A stretch of DNA of 64,000 bases, from the NCBI GenBank assembly GCA_963662655.2, contig CAXXTU010000002.1, positions 960,001 through 1,024,000 of the forward strand, read 5' to 3'. Below the pieces are notes generated by a model that had not been told where the DNA came from, ran no database searches, and saw only the letters and a program-made list of their open reading frames with translations. The stretch comes from Candidatus Cloacimonadales bacterium. GTDB lineage: Bacteria > Cloacimonadota > Cloacimonadia > Cloacimonadales > JAIOQZ01. The translations under genes and the position numbers were made by a program. Below, piece by piece: positions 23,338 through 32,681 of this stretch (position 1 is the first letter of the stretch; every line of letters starts with the position of its first letter).

Positions 23338-23540
23338 GCTTGCTATTGCCATATGCAATCCCCTGGCCATACCGTGGCGCGTTGGCCCCACAGTCCTTAG
23401 AGACTGTAAACATTAAAAACAGCCCTTGAAGGCTGTAATTAGTAATTCCAACCCCTGAAATTGTGGGCATGAAACTCATCAACAGAAACACTGGCAACCC
23501 AGAGAAGTTGCTTTGGCGAATTGCAATCTCCAAAGGTTGC
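23326..23540. repeat. Array of 18-bp imperfect palindromes (RCARYC-N6-GRYTGY) with 11-bp spacers
   Basis: Units at 23326, 23390, 23419, 23494, 23523; degenerate units at 23355 and 23448; 29-bp spacing occurs four times. Confidence 0.75.
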
Positions 23541-23581
23541 GCATGATCATTAAGATTGCTTGATTATTGAGGTAGCAACAC

Positions 23582-24301
23582 ATGGCACAATATTTCATCA
23601 TGCTTCTGTGCGCACATCTGCTGGCGGATTTCCCGCTCCAGATCAACAGCATAGCCAGACGAAAGAGACATCCCGGAATTCTCGCCCTCCACGTTGCCAT
23701 TCACATCGTCACGACGCTGGCAGTCCTTTCTCTGCTCGATCTGAGAATCCCGCCAGCCGCCATCTTCGCTGTTGTGATAGGCGTTGGCCTGCTACATGGG
23801 ATCATAGATTTTTGCAAAACTCTCATTTTCAGCGATAACCTGAATTCGTTCCTCCTCGATCAGTTTGCCCATATCATCGTGTTGGCTTCAGCCGCATGGA
23901 TCATCCAGTCGAGATCAGCAATCGCATATCGGCCGCAGATCGCGCATGGGATTATTTACATCACCGGTTTCTTCGCCATCTGGAACGCGTCGAGCCATTT
24001 CATCGATCGATTTGTCGCGAAGTATCTGCCAACACAGGAAAGCATTGATGAATACAAACCCGCCAGGCATAAGAATGCCAGCGACTGGATCGGCAAATTC
24101 GAGCGCATCCTCGTGTTCGGCTTCATACTGATGGGCTATCCGGAGGGAATCGGATTCATCATTGCCGGTAAATCGATCCTCCGCTTTCAAGACGCCAAAA
24201 AGGAGAAGATGTCCGAATACATCCTGATCGGAACGCTTCTGAGCATATCGCTTGCCATCGGCTTTACTTACCTCTGTCGCTATGCAATAAGGCTTTTTTA
24301 G
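23582..24301 (+). CDS. DUF3307 family integral membrane protein
   Basis: AHLLADFPLQ, HVAIH, LHGIIDF, DQFAH; WIGKFER...AGKSILRF...EYILIGTLLS. Confidence 0.85.
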   Translation: MAQYFIMLLCAHLLADFPLQINSIARRKRHPGILALHVAIHIVTTLAVLSLLDLRIPPAAIFAVVIGVGLLHGIIDFCKTLIFSDNLNSFLLDQFAHIIVLASAAWIIQSRSAIAYRPQIAHGIIYITGFFAIWNASSHFIDRFVAKYLPTQESIDEYKPARHKNASDWIGKFERILVFGFILMGYPEGIGFIIAGKSILRFQDAKKEKMSEYILIGTLLSISLAIGFTYLCRYAIRLF

Positions 24302-24313
24302 AAAGGATTTCTT

Positions 24314-25120
24314 ATGGAAAAACCAGTCTTCGATATATTGGAACAAGCGGCCCAAAACCGCTTCAAAGGCACGCCATTCGTTTTAGTAACGGTCGTTCAG
24401 GCCATTGCGGGAACTCCCGGACGCTCGGGATTCAAGATGATCGTCTACGCGGACGGTCATACAGAAGGAACCGTTGGCGGTGGGAGCATCGAGCGTCGCG
24501 CACATCTGAAAGCGCTGGACATCCACAAAACCGGCGTGAACGAACTGATATCCTACAGCCTTACCGAGGAGGAAATGGGGATGCTCTGCGGCGGAGAAGC
24601 GCAGCTTTTCTTCGAGTATTTCCCGCCTCGAAAAAGAGCGTTCCTCTTCGGCGCAGGTCACCTTGGCAGGAGCATCGCACCGCTTCTCAAATCGCTGGAT
24701 TTTCATCTGGTTATTATAGACGATCGCGTGGAAGCAGCCACGAAAAATAACGTCCCCGAGGGTGACGAGTTTTACGGCATGCCGTACGAAGAGTATCTCG
24801 CAGATTTCCATCCTCATAAACAGGACGCCATCATCATTTTCACACACGGTCACGTACACGATTACACCGTACTGGATGCCGTATGCAAGCTCGGAACGGA
24901 TGTTAAATACATCGGCATGATCGGCTCCAGACGTAAATCTGAAACCACTCTCAATCGCATCAGGGAATGCAACTACGAAGGCAACCTGGTGGACAATGTG
25001 AGAGCGCCTATCGGTCTCAACATCGGGAAAACAACCGCGCAAGAGATATCGATCGCCATCGTGGCCGAGATCCTTGCGGTTTACAACGGAATCGACAATA
25101 TCCACCCGATGAGGGCGTGA
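24314..25120 (+). CDS. XdhC/CoxI family molybdenum-hydroxylase accessory protein
   Basis: GTVGGGSIE, MLCGG, FGAGHLG, THGH..D, YIGMIGS, APIGLNIG...EISIAIVAE. Confidence 0.92.
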   Translation: MEKPVFDILEQAAQNRFKGTPFVLVTVVQAIAGTPGRSGFKMIVYADGHTEGTVGGGSIERRAHLKALDIHKTGVNELISYSLTEEEMGMLCGGEAQLFFEYFPPRKRAFLFGAGHLGRSIAPLLKSLDFHLVIIDDRVEAATKNNVPEGDEFYGMPYEEYLADFHPHKQDAIIIFTHGHVHDYTVLDAVCKLGTDVKYIGMIGSRRKSETTLNRIRECNYEGNLVDNVRAPIGLNIGKTTAQEISIAIVAEILAVYNGIDNIHPMRA

Positions 25121-25238
25121 GGAGATTCGTTCGATCTGTCGCGCAGGCGTGGTGTTACACGTCCCTTTATTTTGGTTCGATAGTGTTCGGGACGTGTTAT
25201 ATCCACGACGGAGCGTCAGATCGGGCGAAGATGCCACG
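25116..25238 (+). repeat. ~125-nt palindromic structured element, copy 2 of 4
   Basis: CGTGGTGTTACACGTCCC...TTCGATAGT...GGGACGTGTTATATCCACG...CGAAG; lies between convergent genes. Confidence 0.9.
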
Positions 25239-25264
25239 GCCGTCCCGAAAGTTAGATTAATCGT

Positions 25265-26527
25265 TTACTCGAAATAGAAGATAGCCCGGATCGGATCGAC
25301 TTTCGCCGCCTTGATTGCCGGGTACAAGCCCGACACAAATCCGATGAAGATTGCGAAGCCGATGCCCAGAAGAATCCCCTCGATCGGCATGGGCAGCGTG
25401 AATCCCATTGGTTTACCCACCTGACGCACCAGCATCATGGAGAATGTAATCCCAACAAAGGTGCCTAATAGAGAAAGAGTCAGCGCTTCGATGATGAAAT
25501 AGGAGAATATATCCAATTCCTTAGCTCCAACGCTTTTACGGATACCAATCTCCAGCATTTTCTCATTGATTGATATCAAAAGTGTGCTGAACAAACCAAT
25601 TCCGCCAACGAGCAGCGATATGGAAGCGATCGCGGAAAGCGTGATGTTCCACGTCTTCATGAACTGATTGATCTCCGTGGTAATCTTGGCCATGAAGCTA
25701 CCCACGTCGTCAAATGCGAAATCATGCGCCATGGAGTGGCTTGCCAGGATCGTCTGGAAGACATGCGTCTTCATCAGGTTGTAGTCCTGATCCTTTCTCG
25801 CCTGAACGTAAATGTTATCCAGTGCTCGGTGCTGCCGCAGAAGTTGCGATCCTGTAGACAGCGGAATATACACTGCCTTGAGGTCCCAGCGCCGATCCCA
25901 CGGATTCATCTGCGCTTTTCCGTTGTTCAGAATGTCATGACTCAACACGCCAATAATCCGGTATCGGTTTCCGCCAATTGTAATCGTTTTATCGATCGGA
26001 TTCTCTTTGGAGAAGTATTTCTCCGCGAAGAAATGGCCGATAACGCACACGCGAGCGTTTGTTTTATCTTCAAAAGTGCTGAAGTAACGTCCGTCTCTGA
26101 GAGGATATGTTTTATTCAAGAAGAAATCGTTGTTGGTAGCCGTCAAACGAACCCATTCACGGCTTTCGCCATCCTGGAACTGCTGCCACTGATCGATCCG
26201 GCCATACATGTGCTTGTGGTCGATCTCCTTTTTCAGCGTCAGGTAATCGTTGTACGAAAGCGGTCGTGCGCGGCGGTTCATATACATGAAACGGCCACGC
26301 CTGCGGTGGTTCTGGTTCTCTCCCGAAGAAGGATAGATCACGATTGACCGGTCCCATCCCATCGCTTCCATGCGCTTCATGATGAGCAGCTTGATGCCGC
26401 TTACGGAAGAAAACATGGTCACGACGGCAGCCACGCCGATCATGATCCCGACAAGCGTCAGGAACGACCGTAGCTTATGACTCCAGATACTGGATAGAGA
26501 GCTTCCGAAGCTGTCACCGAGATGCAT
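25265..26527 (-). CDS. ABC transporter permease (MacB/FtsX type)
   Basis: KLRSFLTLVGIMIGVAAV, LLVGGIG, EIGIRKSVGA, GLYPAIKAAKVDPI. Confidence 0.92.
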   Translation of the reverse strand: MHLGDSFGSSLSSIWSHKLRSFLTLVGIMIGVAAVVTMFSSVSGIKLLIMKRMEAMGWDRSIVIYPSSGENQNHRRRGRFMYMNRRARPLSYNDYLTLKKEIDHKHMYGRIDQWQQFQDGESREWVRLTATNNDFFLNKTYPLRDGRYFSTFEDKTNARVCVIGHFFAEKYFSKENPIDKTITIGGNRYRIIGVLSHDILNNGKAQMNPWDRRWDLKAVYIPLSTGSQLLRQHRALDNIYVQARKDQDYNLMKTHVFQTILASHSMAHDFAFDDVGSFMAKITTEINQFMKTWNITLSAIASISLLVGGIGLFSTLLISINEKMLEIGIRKSVGAKELDIFSYFIIEALTLSLLGTFVGITFSMMLVRQVGKPMGFTLPMPIEGILLGIGFAIFIGFVSGLYPAIKAAKVDPIRAIFYFE

Positions 26528-28742
26528 TCTTCACTTTCGCCTTGCATTGCGGGCATTGAATCGTCACTTCGCTATCGCGCCCGACACGTTCTTCCAGATA
26601 ATCGTTGCCGCATTCGGGACATTTCTCGTTCACCGGTTTGTAGCGGCTGATGTAATCGCAATCGGGATATCTGGAGCAGCCGTAGAAGGCTCTTCCCCGC
26701 TTATCCTTGCGTTCCACAACGTCGCCTTCCTTGCACTTCGGGCATTTGATTCCAAGCGTGAATGGCTTGGTATATTTGCACTTGGGGTAATTTGTGCAAG
26801 CAATGAATTTCCCGAAGCGTCCGTTCTTGATCGTAAGCTCCGATCCGCACTCCGGGCATTTCTCGTCGATTTTCTCAGGCTCGACGACATGTATCTTCCC
26901 TTCGTCGTCTCGGGTAAAATTCTTGATGTTCTTGCACTCGGGGTAATTGGGGCATCCAAGGAATTGCCCGGTTTTCGCCCAGCGCACGATCATATTGCTG
27001 CCGCACTTCTCGCACTTGATGTCCGTGACTTCCTGCGCGTCCTTCTTCGACTGCTTGTAGTCGATCGTATCCAGCTTCTCGGCTATGCTCTTCCAGTAGT
27101 CGTCCAGAATGGCGTTCCAGGCGATTTCTCCATATTCCACTTTATCCAGGCATTCTTCCATGTTTGCCGTGAATTTCACGTTGAACAGCTCATCGAAATT
27201 CTTCACGAGAAAATCATTCACCGTTGTGCCGAGCGTGGTCGGAGAGAACTTCTTCGCATCGATTTTCACATACTTGCGTTCGAGGATCGTATTGGTGATC
27301 ACGGCGTAGGTGGATGGACGTCCAATGCCCTTCGATTCGAGTTCCTTGATCAACGTAGCTTCCGTGAACCGCGCCGGCGGCTTGGTGAAATGCTGATTTT
27401 TCGTAAAATCATCCATGTTGACATTGCCGTTTTCCTTGTAACCGGCATCGATGTCCTCACCCAGGATAACTCTCGTGTGCGGGAACACCTCCAGGAAGCC
27501 CTGCTGGCGTATCATTCCGCCGTTCGCGGTGAAAACACCTTCGCCAACCTCGACTTCCATCGTTACGGCGTCGATCTTGATCGGTGTCATCTGGGTCGCG
27601 ACGAATCGCTGCCAGATGAGAGTGTATAATTTGAGCTGGTCTTTCTCGAGTTTATTGGCAAGCTGCTCCGGCGTGCGGAACGGGTCCGTCGGACGAATCG
27701 CTTCATGCGCGTCCTGAGCGGTATTCTTGTTCTTGAAAACACGGACGGAGCGATGCAACTTCTCTTTTCCGAAGCGCTCCGCGATCAGGTTTCTGCAAGC
27801 TTCCTGCGCGACATCCGCGATACGGAGTGAATCGGTACGCATGTAGGAGATCAGGCCGACGGTATCTCCGCCGATGTCGATCCCTTCATAAAGCTGCTGG
27901 GCGACCATCATGGTCTTTTTACCGCTGAAATTGAGGATGCGGGACGCGTCCTGTTGCAGCGTACTGGTTATGTACGCAGGCTGAGGATTGATTTTCTTCT
28001 CCGTTCGCTTGATCGATTCGATCTTCCCCGCATTGTTCTGCAAGGCTTGGAACATCTTCTCGGCTTCTTCCGCCTTGATCATCTTCTGTTTCTCGCCGTT
28101 CCAGTGAGTGAGGCTCGCCTTGAACGGCGTGAGCCCTTTCTGAGAGAAAACGGCGTCCAGCGACCAGTATTCTTCCGGAACGAAGGCCTCGATCTCGGCT
28201 TCACGCTCGCAGATCAGCCGGAGCGCTACCGATTGAACGCGGCCGGCGCTCAACTTTGTCGTTATCACGCGCCAAAGCACGGGACTGATCTTGTAACCCA
28301 CGATCCTGTCCAGCACGCGACGCGCCTGTTGGGCGTCCACCTTATTGATGTCTATCGCTCCGGGATGCTCCATTGCTCCCCGGATCGCATCACGGGTAAT
28401 CTCGTTGAAAACGATTCGATAGACGGGCTTGTCCCCCGCCACCTCCCTGAGAACCTCGCGGATGTGCCAGGCGATGGCTTCACCTTCGCGGTCATGGTCT
28501 GATGCCAGGTAAATCGCGTCCGAGTTCTCGGCGGTCTTCTTCAGATCGTCGATGATCTTCTTCTTGGAGCGATCGATAACGTACTTGGGCTTGAAGTCGT
28601 GATCAATATCCACCCCCATCGAGCGTTTGGGTAGATCCCGCACGTGCCCCATGGAAGCCTTTACATCGTACTTGAAATCGAGAAATTTGCCGATCGTCTT
28701 CGCTTTCGCGGGAGACTCGACAATGATAAGTCCTTTTGCCAT
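26514..28742 (-). CDS. topA: DNA topoisomerase I
   Basis: IVESPAKAK, DHDREGEAI, SAGRVQS, ISYMRTDS, AHEAIRPT, C-terminal Zn ribbons. Confidence 0.97.
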   Translation of the reverse strand: MAKGLIIVESPAKAKTIGKFLDFKYDVKASMGHVRDLPKRSMGVDIDHDFKPKYVIDRSKKKIIDDLKKTAENSDAIYLASDHDREGEAIAWHIREVLREVAGDKPVYRIVFNEITRDAIRGAMEHPGAIDINKVDAQQARRVLDRIVGYKISPVLWRVITTKLSAGRVQSVALRLICEREAEIEAFVPEEYWSLDAVFSQKGLTPFKASLTHWNGEKQKMIKAEEAEKMFQALQNNAGKIESIKRTEKKINPQPAYITSTLQQDASRILNFSGKKTMMVAQQLYEGIDIGGDTVGLISYMRTDSLRIADVAQEACRNLIAERFGKEKLHRSVRVFKNKNTAQDAHEAIRPTDPFRTPEQLANKLEKDQLKLYTLIWQRFVATQMTPIKIDAVTMEVEVGEGVFTANGGMIRQQGFLEVFPHTRVILGEDIDAGYKENGNVNMDDFTKNQHFTKPPARFTEATLIKELESKGIGRPSTYAVITNTILERKYVKIDAKKFSPTTLGTTVNDFLVKNFDELFNVKFTANMEECLDKVEYGEIAWNAILDDYWKSIAEKLDTIDYKQSKKDAQEVTDIKCEKCGSNMIVRWAKTGQFLGCPNYPECKNIKNFTRDDEGKIHVVEPEKIDEKCPECGSELTIKNGRFGKFIACTNYPKCKYTKPFTLGIKCPKCKEGDVVERKDKRGRAFYGCSRYPDCDYISRYKPVNEKCPECGNDYLEERVGRDSEVTIQCPQCKAKVKNASR

Positions 28743-28759
28743 ATTTAATTCCAAAGAGT

Positions 28760-29185
28760 TTATTGTATTACGCTTGAACCCGGCTCCGAATCCTCTCGAA
28801 TGAACATCTCCACGATATCCTTCATCGATACTTCATCCAGACCCGAGAAAAGAATCAAGTTTACAATCTGCTCGATCATGGCACGGCTAACCCGGCGACT
28901 GATCAAACCAGAGAGCGTCAGACACAAATTCATGATCTTCTCGAAGGTGAAGCGGTCAACCGTTCCCAGGTTAACGAGATTCACCAGATAGCCGAACGCG
29001 CCATTCGAAATGTGCATCCGTTCATCAGCGCTCATGGTGCGCAGATAGGCGGAGTTGTCGTCCCGGCTATCGAGAAGATAGTCGATAAGATCCCTGAGCG
29101 TTTCATCGTCCTGTTCGGTCCGTTTCGACCGCTTCTTCAGGGATTCGAGGTGTTCGAACAAATTCTTTATGTTGCTATCACTCAT
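28760..29185 (-). CDS. DUF494/Smg-like protein
   Basis: LRTMSADERMHISNGAFGYLVNLVNLGTV resembles Smg; position directly upstream of topA is typical. Confidence 0.6.
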   Translation of the reverse strand: MSDSNIKNLFEHLESLKKRSKRTEQDDETLRDLIDYLLDSRDDNSAYLRTMSADERMHISNGAFGYLVNLVNLGTVDRFTFEKIMNLCLTLSGLISRRVSRAMIEQIVNLILFSGLDEVSMKDIVEMFIREDSEPGSSVIQ

Positions 29186-29208
29186 AACATTCCTTCTTTC
29201 GCGACATT

Positions 29209-32200
29209 TTAGTCCTGAGCAACTTTTCCGCAACATTTTTTGTATTTCTTACCGCTGCCGCATGGGCAGGGATCGTTCATTCCGACCTTGGTTCCAACAT
29301 GGCGAGGCTGGATTTTCTCGCGTTTTCTCGGCGGAGCCGGATGGTCCGTCGGCTGATCTTGGGCGGGAGTTCCAGAATATGCGGAGACATCTCGATGGAG
29401 CGCATTGGAGCGCTGCAGGAGTCTGTCGACGTCGTCCGGCGACATTCCCGCCGGTACGATGTAGGTTGTGAACACGCGTTTCGCAACCTGCTCGTGAATC
29501 CGTTCAATCAATGCCCTGAACAGCTCGTAGCCTTCCTTTTTGTATTCGATCAAAGGATCCTTGTTCGCGTATGCACGGAGCCCAACGCCCTCTTTGAGCA
29601 AATCCATCTCGTGCAGATGATCGCGCCATTGCTCATCGACTACGATCAGCAAGGTACGACGCTCGAGCTCGCGCATCGAATCGGCTCCGAGGATTTCTTC
29701 TTTCTTCTGGTAAGCTCTCAGAGCGAGCGCAATCAGGTTGTCCGTGACATCGCTCATGTCGCGCACGCCTTTGATAATCTCGCGCTCCGTGATCTCCAGT
29801 CCGAAATTCGATTTGAACCACCCAACGATCCGGTCGTACTTCCAGTTCTCCTGATACTCGATTTCACTGAGCTGGCCTTCGACGACGCTACGTACGACTT
29901 CGCGAATCATCTCCTTGATCTCTTCCTGGAGATCGTAGCCCTTCAGAACGTTCCTGCGGAAACTATAGATCACTTCGCGCTGCTGGTTCATCACTTCATC
30001 GTACTTGATCAGGTTCTTACGGATGTTGAAATTGTGCTCTTCCACCTTCTTCTGGGCTTTTTCAACCGCGCCTGTCATCCACGGGTGCGTGATCGCCTGG
30101 CCCTCTTCGATGCCGATTTTCTTCATCATGCCGGCAACGCGGTCCGAGCCGAACAAGCGCATGAGATCGTCTTCGAGCGAGAGATAGAACCTTGAAGTAC
30201 CCGGATCACCCTGACGCCCCGCGCGACCGCGCAACTGGCGGTCGATTCGGCGGCTCTCGTGACGTTCGGTGCCGATCACGTGCAAACCGTCAACGGGACG
30301 GCCAAGGGGATATTCTTCCGTCATCTTCTTCTGAAGCGACTGATAGAACTCCTTCTCTTCGGTCACAACGTCCTTTCCGAGCTTGATGTCCGTACCGCGA
30401 CCCGCCATGTTGGTGGCGATGGTCACCGTTCCCGGTTCACCGGCAAACTTGACGATCTCCGCCTCGCGTTCGTGCTGCTTCGCGTTGAGCACCTCGTGCT
30501 TGATTCCCTCGCGGCGCAGAAGTCGGGCAAGGATTTCGGAGACATCCACAGAAACCGTACCGACCAGCACCGGCTTCTTCTTCTCGTGCCAGTACTTGAT
30601 CTCATCGATGATCGCCTTGTACTTGTCGAGTTTGGTGAGATAGATCATGTCATCGTAGTCGATACGGGTGATGGGCATGTGCGTTGGTATCACTTTGACC
30701 GGCAAATTGTATATCTCGGCGAACTCAGCCTCTTCCGTGACGGCGGTACCGGTCATGCCGGCAAGTTTGTCGTACATGCGGAAGAAGTTCTGATAGGTGA
30801 TGGTGGCCAGCGTCTGGCTCGCATCTTCGATCTTGACGTTTTCTTTGGCCTCGAGCGCTTGGTGAAGTCCGTCGCTGAATCTTCTTCCCGGCATCAGGCG
30901 TCCGGTAAACTCGTCAACGATCATCACCTTGTTGTCCTGCACAACGTAATCGACGTCCTTCTCAAAGAGCGCATGGGCCTTGAGAAGCTGGCTGATGTTG
31001 TGAAGACGCTCGCTTTTATCCATGAATTCCTGGGTGACTCTGTTGCGTTCTTTATCCTTCTCTTCGAACGTCAGTCTATCATTTTTGTCCACTCTTTCGA
31101 GAAGCTCGTCCAGCGTTTCCATCACGAAGAGATCGCGGTCGTACTTCGACATCATGTCGCGACCTTTTTCGCAAAGGTCTGCCGAATGCGCGTGCTCGTC
31201 GATCACGTAGAAGAGCTGTTCGTCGATAAGCGGCATCTTCTTGTCACGGAGGTAGTAGCCCTCGAAGTCGCTAACAAGCTTCTTTGCATAAGAGTCTTTC
31301 ATCAGCTTCATGAACTGCTTGTTCTTGGGGGCGCCGCGCTTCACCGTGAGTAGTTTGCGTCCGATATCGTCGATATTGTAGTCGTCGGATTCCAAGCCCT
31401 TGCGTATCTCGCTTGCAATACGATTGAGCATGAGGTCTTGCGCGTCGACGACGTGCTTCAAGGACGCACGGATGTCCGTGTAAAAGTTTTTGGATTCCGC
31501 GACCGGACCGCTGATGATGAGGGGCGTACGCGCTTCATCGACAAGCACGCTATCGACCTCGTCCACGATGGCGTAGTAGAGGTCGCGCTGTACCAGTTGC
31601 CTGGCGGAGACAGCCATGTTGTCGCGGAGGTAATCGAAGCCAAACTCGCTGTTGGTGCCGTAGGTGATGTCCTTTTTGTAGGCTTCCTGACGATCGGCAA
31701 ACGCCATGTCATTGATGATGCAACCGACGGAGAGATCGTGGTACTCGAAAATCGGCGTCATCCACTCGGAGTCGCGTTGGGCAAGGTAGTCGTTAACCGT
31801 GATCAGGTGACAGCCACGCCCGGTAAGTGCGTTCAGGAACAGCGGCAGCGTTGCGACCAGCGTCTTGCCTTCGCCCGTTGCCATCTCGGCGATGTTCCCG
31901 TTGTGCAGGGCGATTCCGCCGATAAGCTGAACATCGAACGGTACCATGTGCCAGGTTTCGGTATTGCCGCGGACATCGTACTCATGCCCGGTCAGCCGTT
32001 TACAGGTCGAGCGAATGATGGCGAAGACTTCCGGCAGGAAATCGTCCAGGACATCCTGTGTGGCCTGTTTCAGCTTCTCTTTGTGCACGTCGATCTTATT
32101 GCCGATGCGGTCCTTCTCGTCCTCATTGGCTTCCAGGTGGTATTGCTGATTCAGGTTCTCGAGTTCTTCTTCAAGCGGCTGCAATCTCTCGCGGATTTCC

Positions 32201-32358
32201 ACTTTGATATCCTGAACACGCTTCTTGATACCATCGTCGGTGAGTTTTTCTATATCAGGCTCGTGGCTTTTAATCGCATCCAGAAGAGGATTCACCTTCT
32301 TCATGTCTCTAGAATGGCGATCGCCAAATAACTTTTCCAGAAATTTCATCGTAAGCAT
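29209..32358 (-). CDS. secA: Preprotein translocase subunit SecA
   Basis: EMATGEGKT, DEVDSVLVDEARTPLIISG, TNMAGRGTDI, HESRRID, SEC-C tail NDPCPCGSGKKYKKCC. Confidence 0.98.
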   Translation of the reverse strand: MLTMKFLEKLFGDRHSRDMKKVNPLLDAIKSHEPDIEKLTDDGIKKRVQDIKVEIRERLQPLEEELENLNQQYHLEANEDEKDRIGNKIDVHKEKLKQATQDVLDDFLPEVFAIIRSTCKRLTGHEYDVRGNTETWHMVPFDVQLIGGIALHNGNIAEMATGEGKTLVATLPLFLNALTGRGCHLITVNDYLAQRDSEWMTPIFEYHDLSVGCIINDMAFADRQEAYKKDITYGTNSEFGFDYLRDNMAVSARQLVQRDLYYAIVDEVDSVLVDEARTPLIISGPVAESKNFYTDIRASLKHVVDAQDLMLNRIASEIRKGLESDDYNIDDIGRKLLTVKRGAPKNKQFMKLMKDSYAKKLVSDFEGYYLRDKKMPLIDEQLFYVIDEHAHSADLCEKGRDMMSKYDRDLFVMETLDELLERVDKNDRLTFEEKDKERNRVTQEFMDKSERLHNISQLLKAHALFEKDVDYVVQDNKVMIVDEFTGRLMPGRRFSDGLHQALEAKENVKIEDASQTLATITYQNFFRMYDKLAGMTGTAVTEEAEFAEIYNLPVKVIPTHMPITRIDYDDMIYLTKLDKYKAIIDEIKYWHEKKKPVLVGTVSVDVSEILARLLRREGIKHEVLNAKQHEREAEIVKFAGEPGTVTIATNMAGRGTDIKLGKDVVTEEKEFYQSLQKKMTEEYPLGRPVDGLHVIGTERHESRRIDRQLRGRAGRQGDPGTSRFYLSLEDDLMRLFGSDRVAGMMKKIGIEEGQAITHPWMTGAVEKAQKKVEEHNFNIRKNLIKYDEVMNQQREVIYSFRRNVLKGYDLQEEIKEMIREVVRSVVEGQLSEIEYQENWKYDRIVGWFKSNFGLEITEREIIKGVRDMSDVTDNLIALALRAYQKKEEILGADSMRELERRTLLIVVDEQWRDHLHEMDLLKEGVGLRAYANKDPLIEYKKEGYELFRALIERIHEQVAKRVFTTYIVPAGMSPDDVDRLLQRSNALHRDVSAYSGTPAQDQPTDHPAPPRKREKIQPRHVGTKVGMNDPCPCGSGKKYKKCCGKVAQD

Positions 32359-32450
32359 CCTATGCTATTTTTGTGTCATTGTTTGCGGACAGGTGGGGGT
32401 GTCAAGCAAAGAGATTGCCCCGGGAGCCAACAGCAGACTTTTGTGCGAGC

Positions 32451-32651
32451 ACCAACCGCGCGGCGGGGACGGCGCTGAAGCCCGGTCACATCTACTTGAT
32501 TCCCACAGCGTTGATTCAATTAATGTATTAATTTTTAAGAATCGCGTTCATTCCTCCAGGGCTTCTACACCCTTTTGAAACGCATTCGGTCGAATTCGTT
32601 TCAAAAAGGTGTCAGTGCGCGGAGCGCACGCGCCGTCCCCGCCGCGCTGGT
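32451..32651. other. ~200-nt multi-branched inverted-repeat element (structured RNA or MITE-like)
   Basis: Perfect 18-bp IR 32458-32475/32630-32647 enclosing three further stems. Confidence 0.6.
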
Positions 32652-32681
32652 CTGACGAGCGGATTCGAGTCGGAGCTTCTC

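Noticed and set aside
23326..23540. CRISPR array
   Set aside because: Units are non-identical 18-mers with mostly 11-nt spacers, and no cas genes are in the window.
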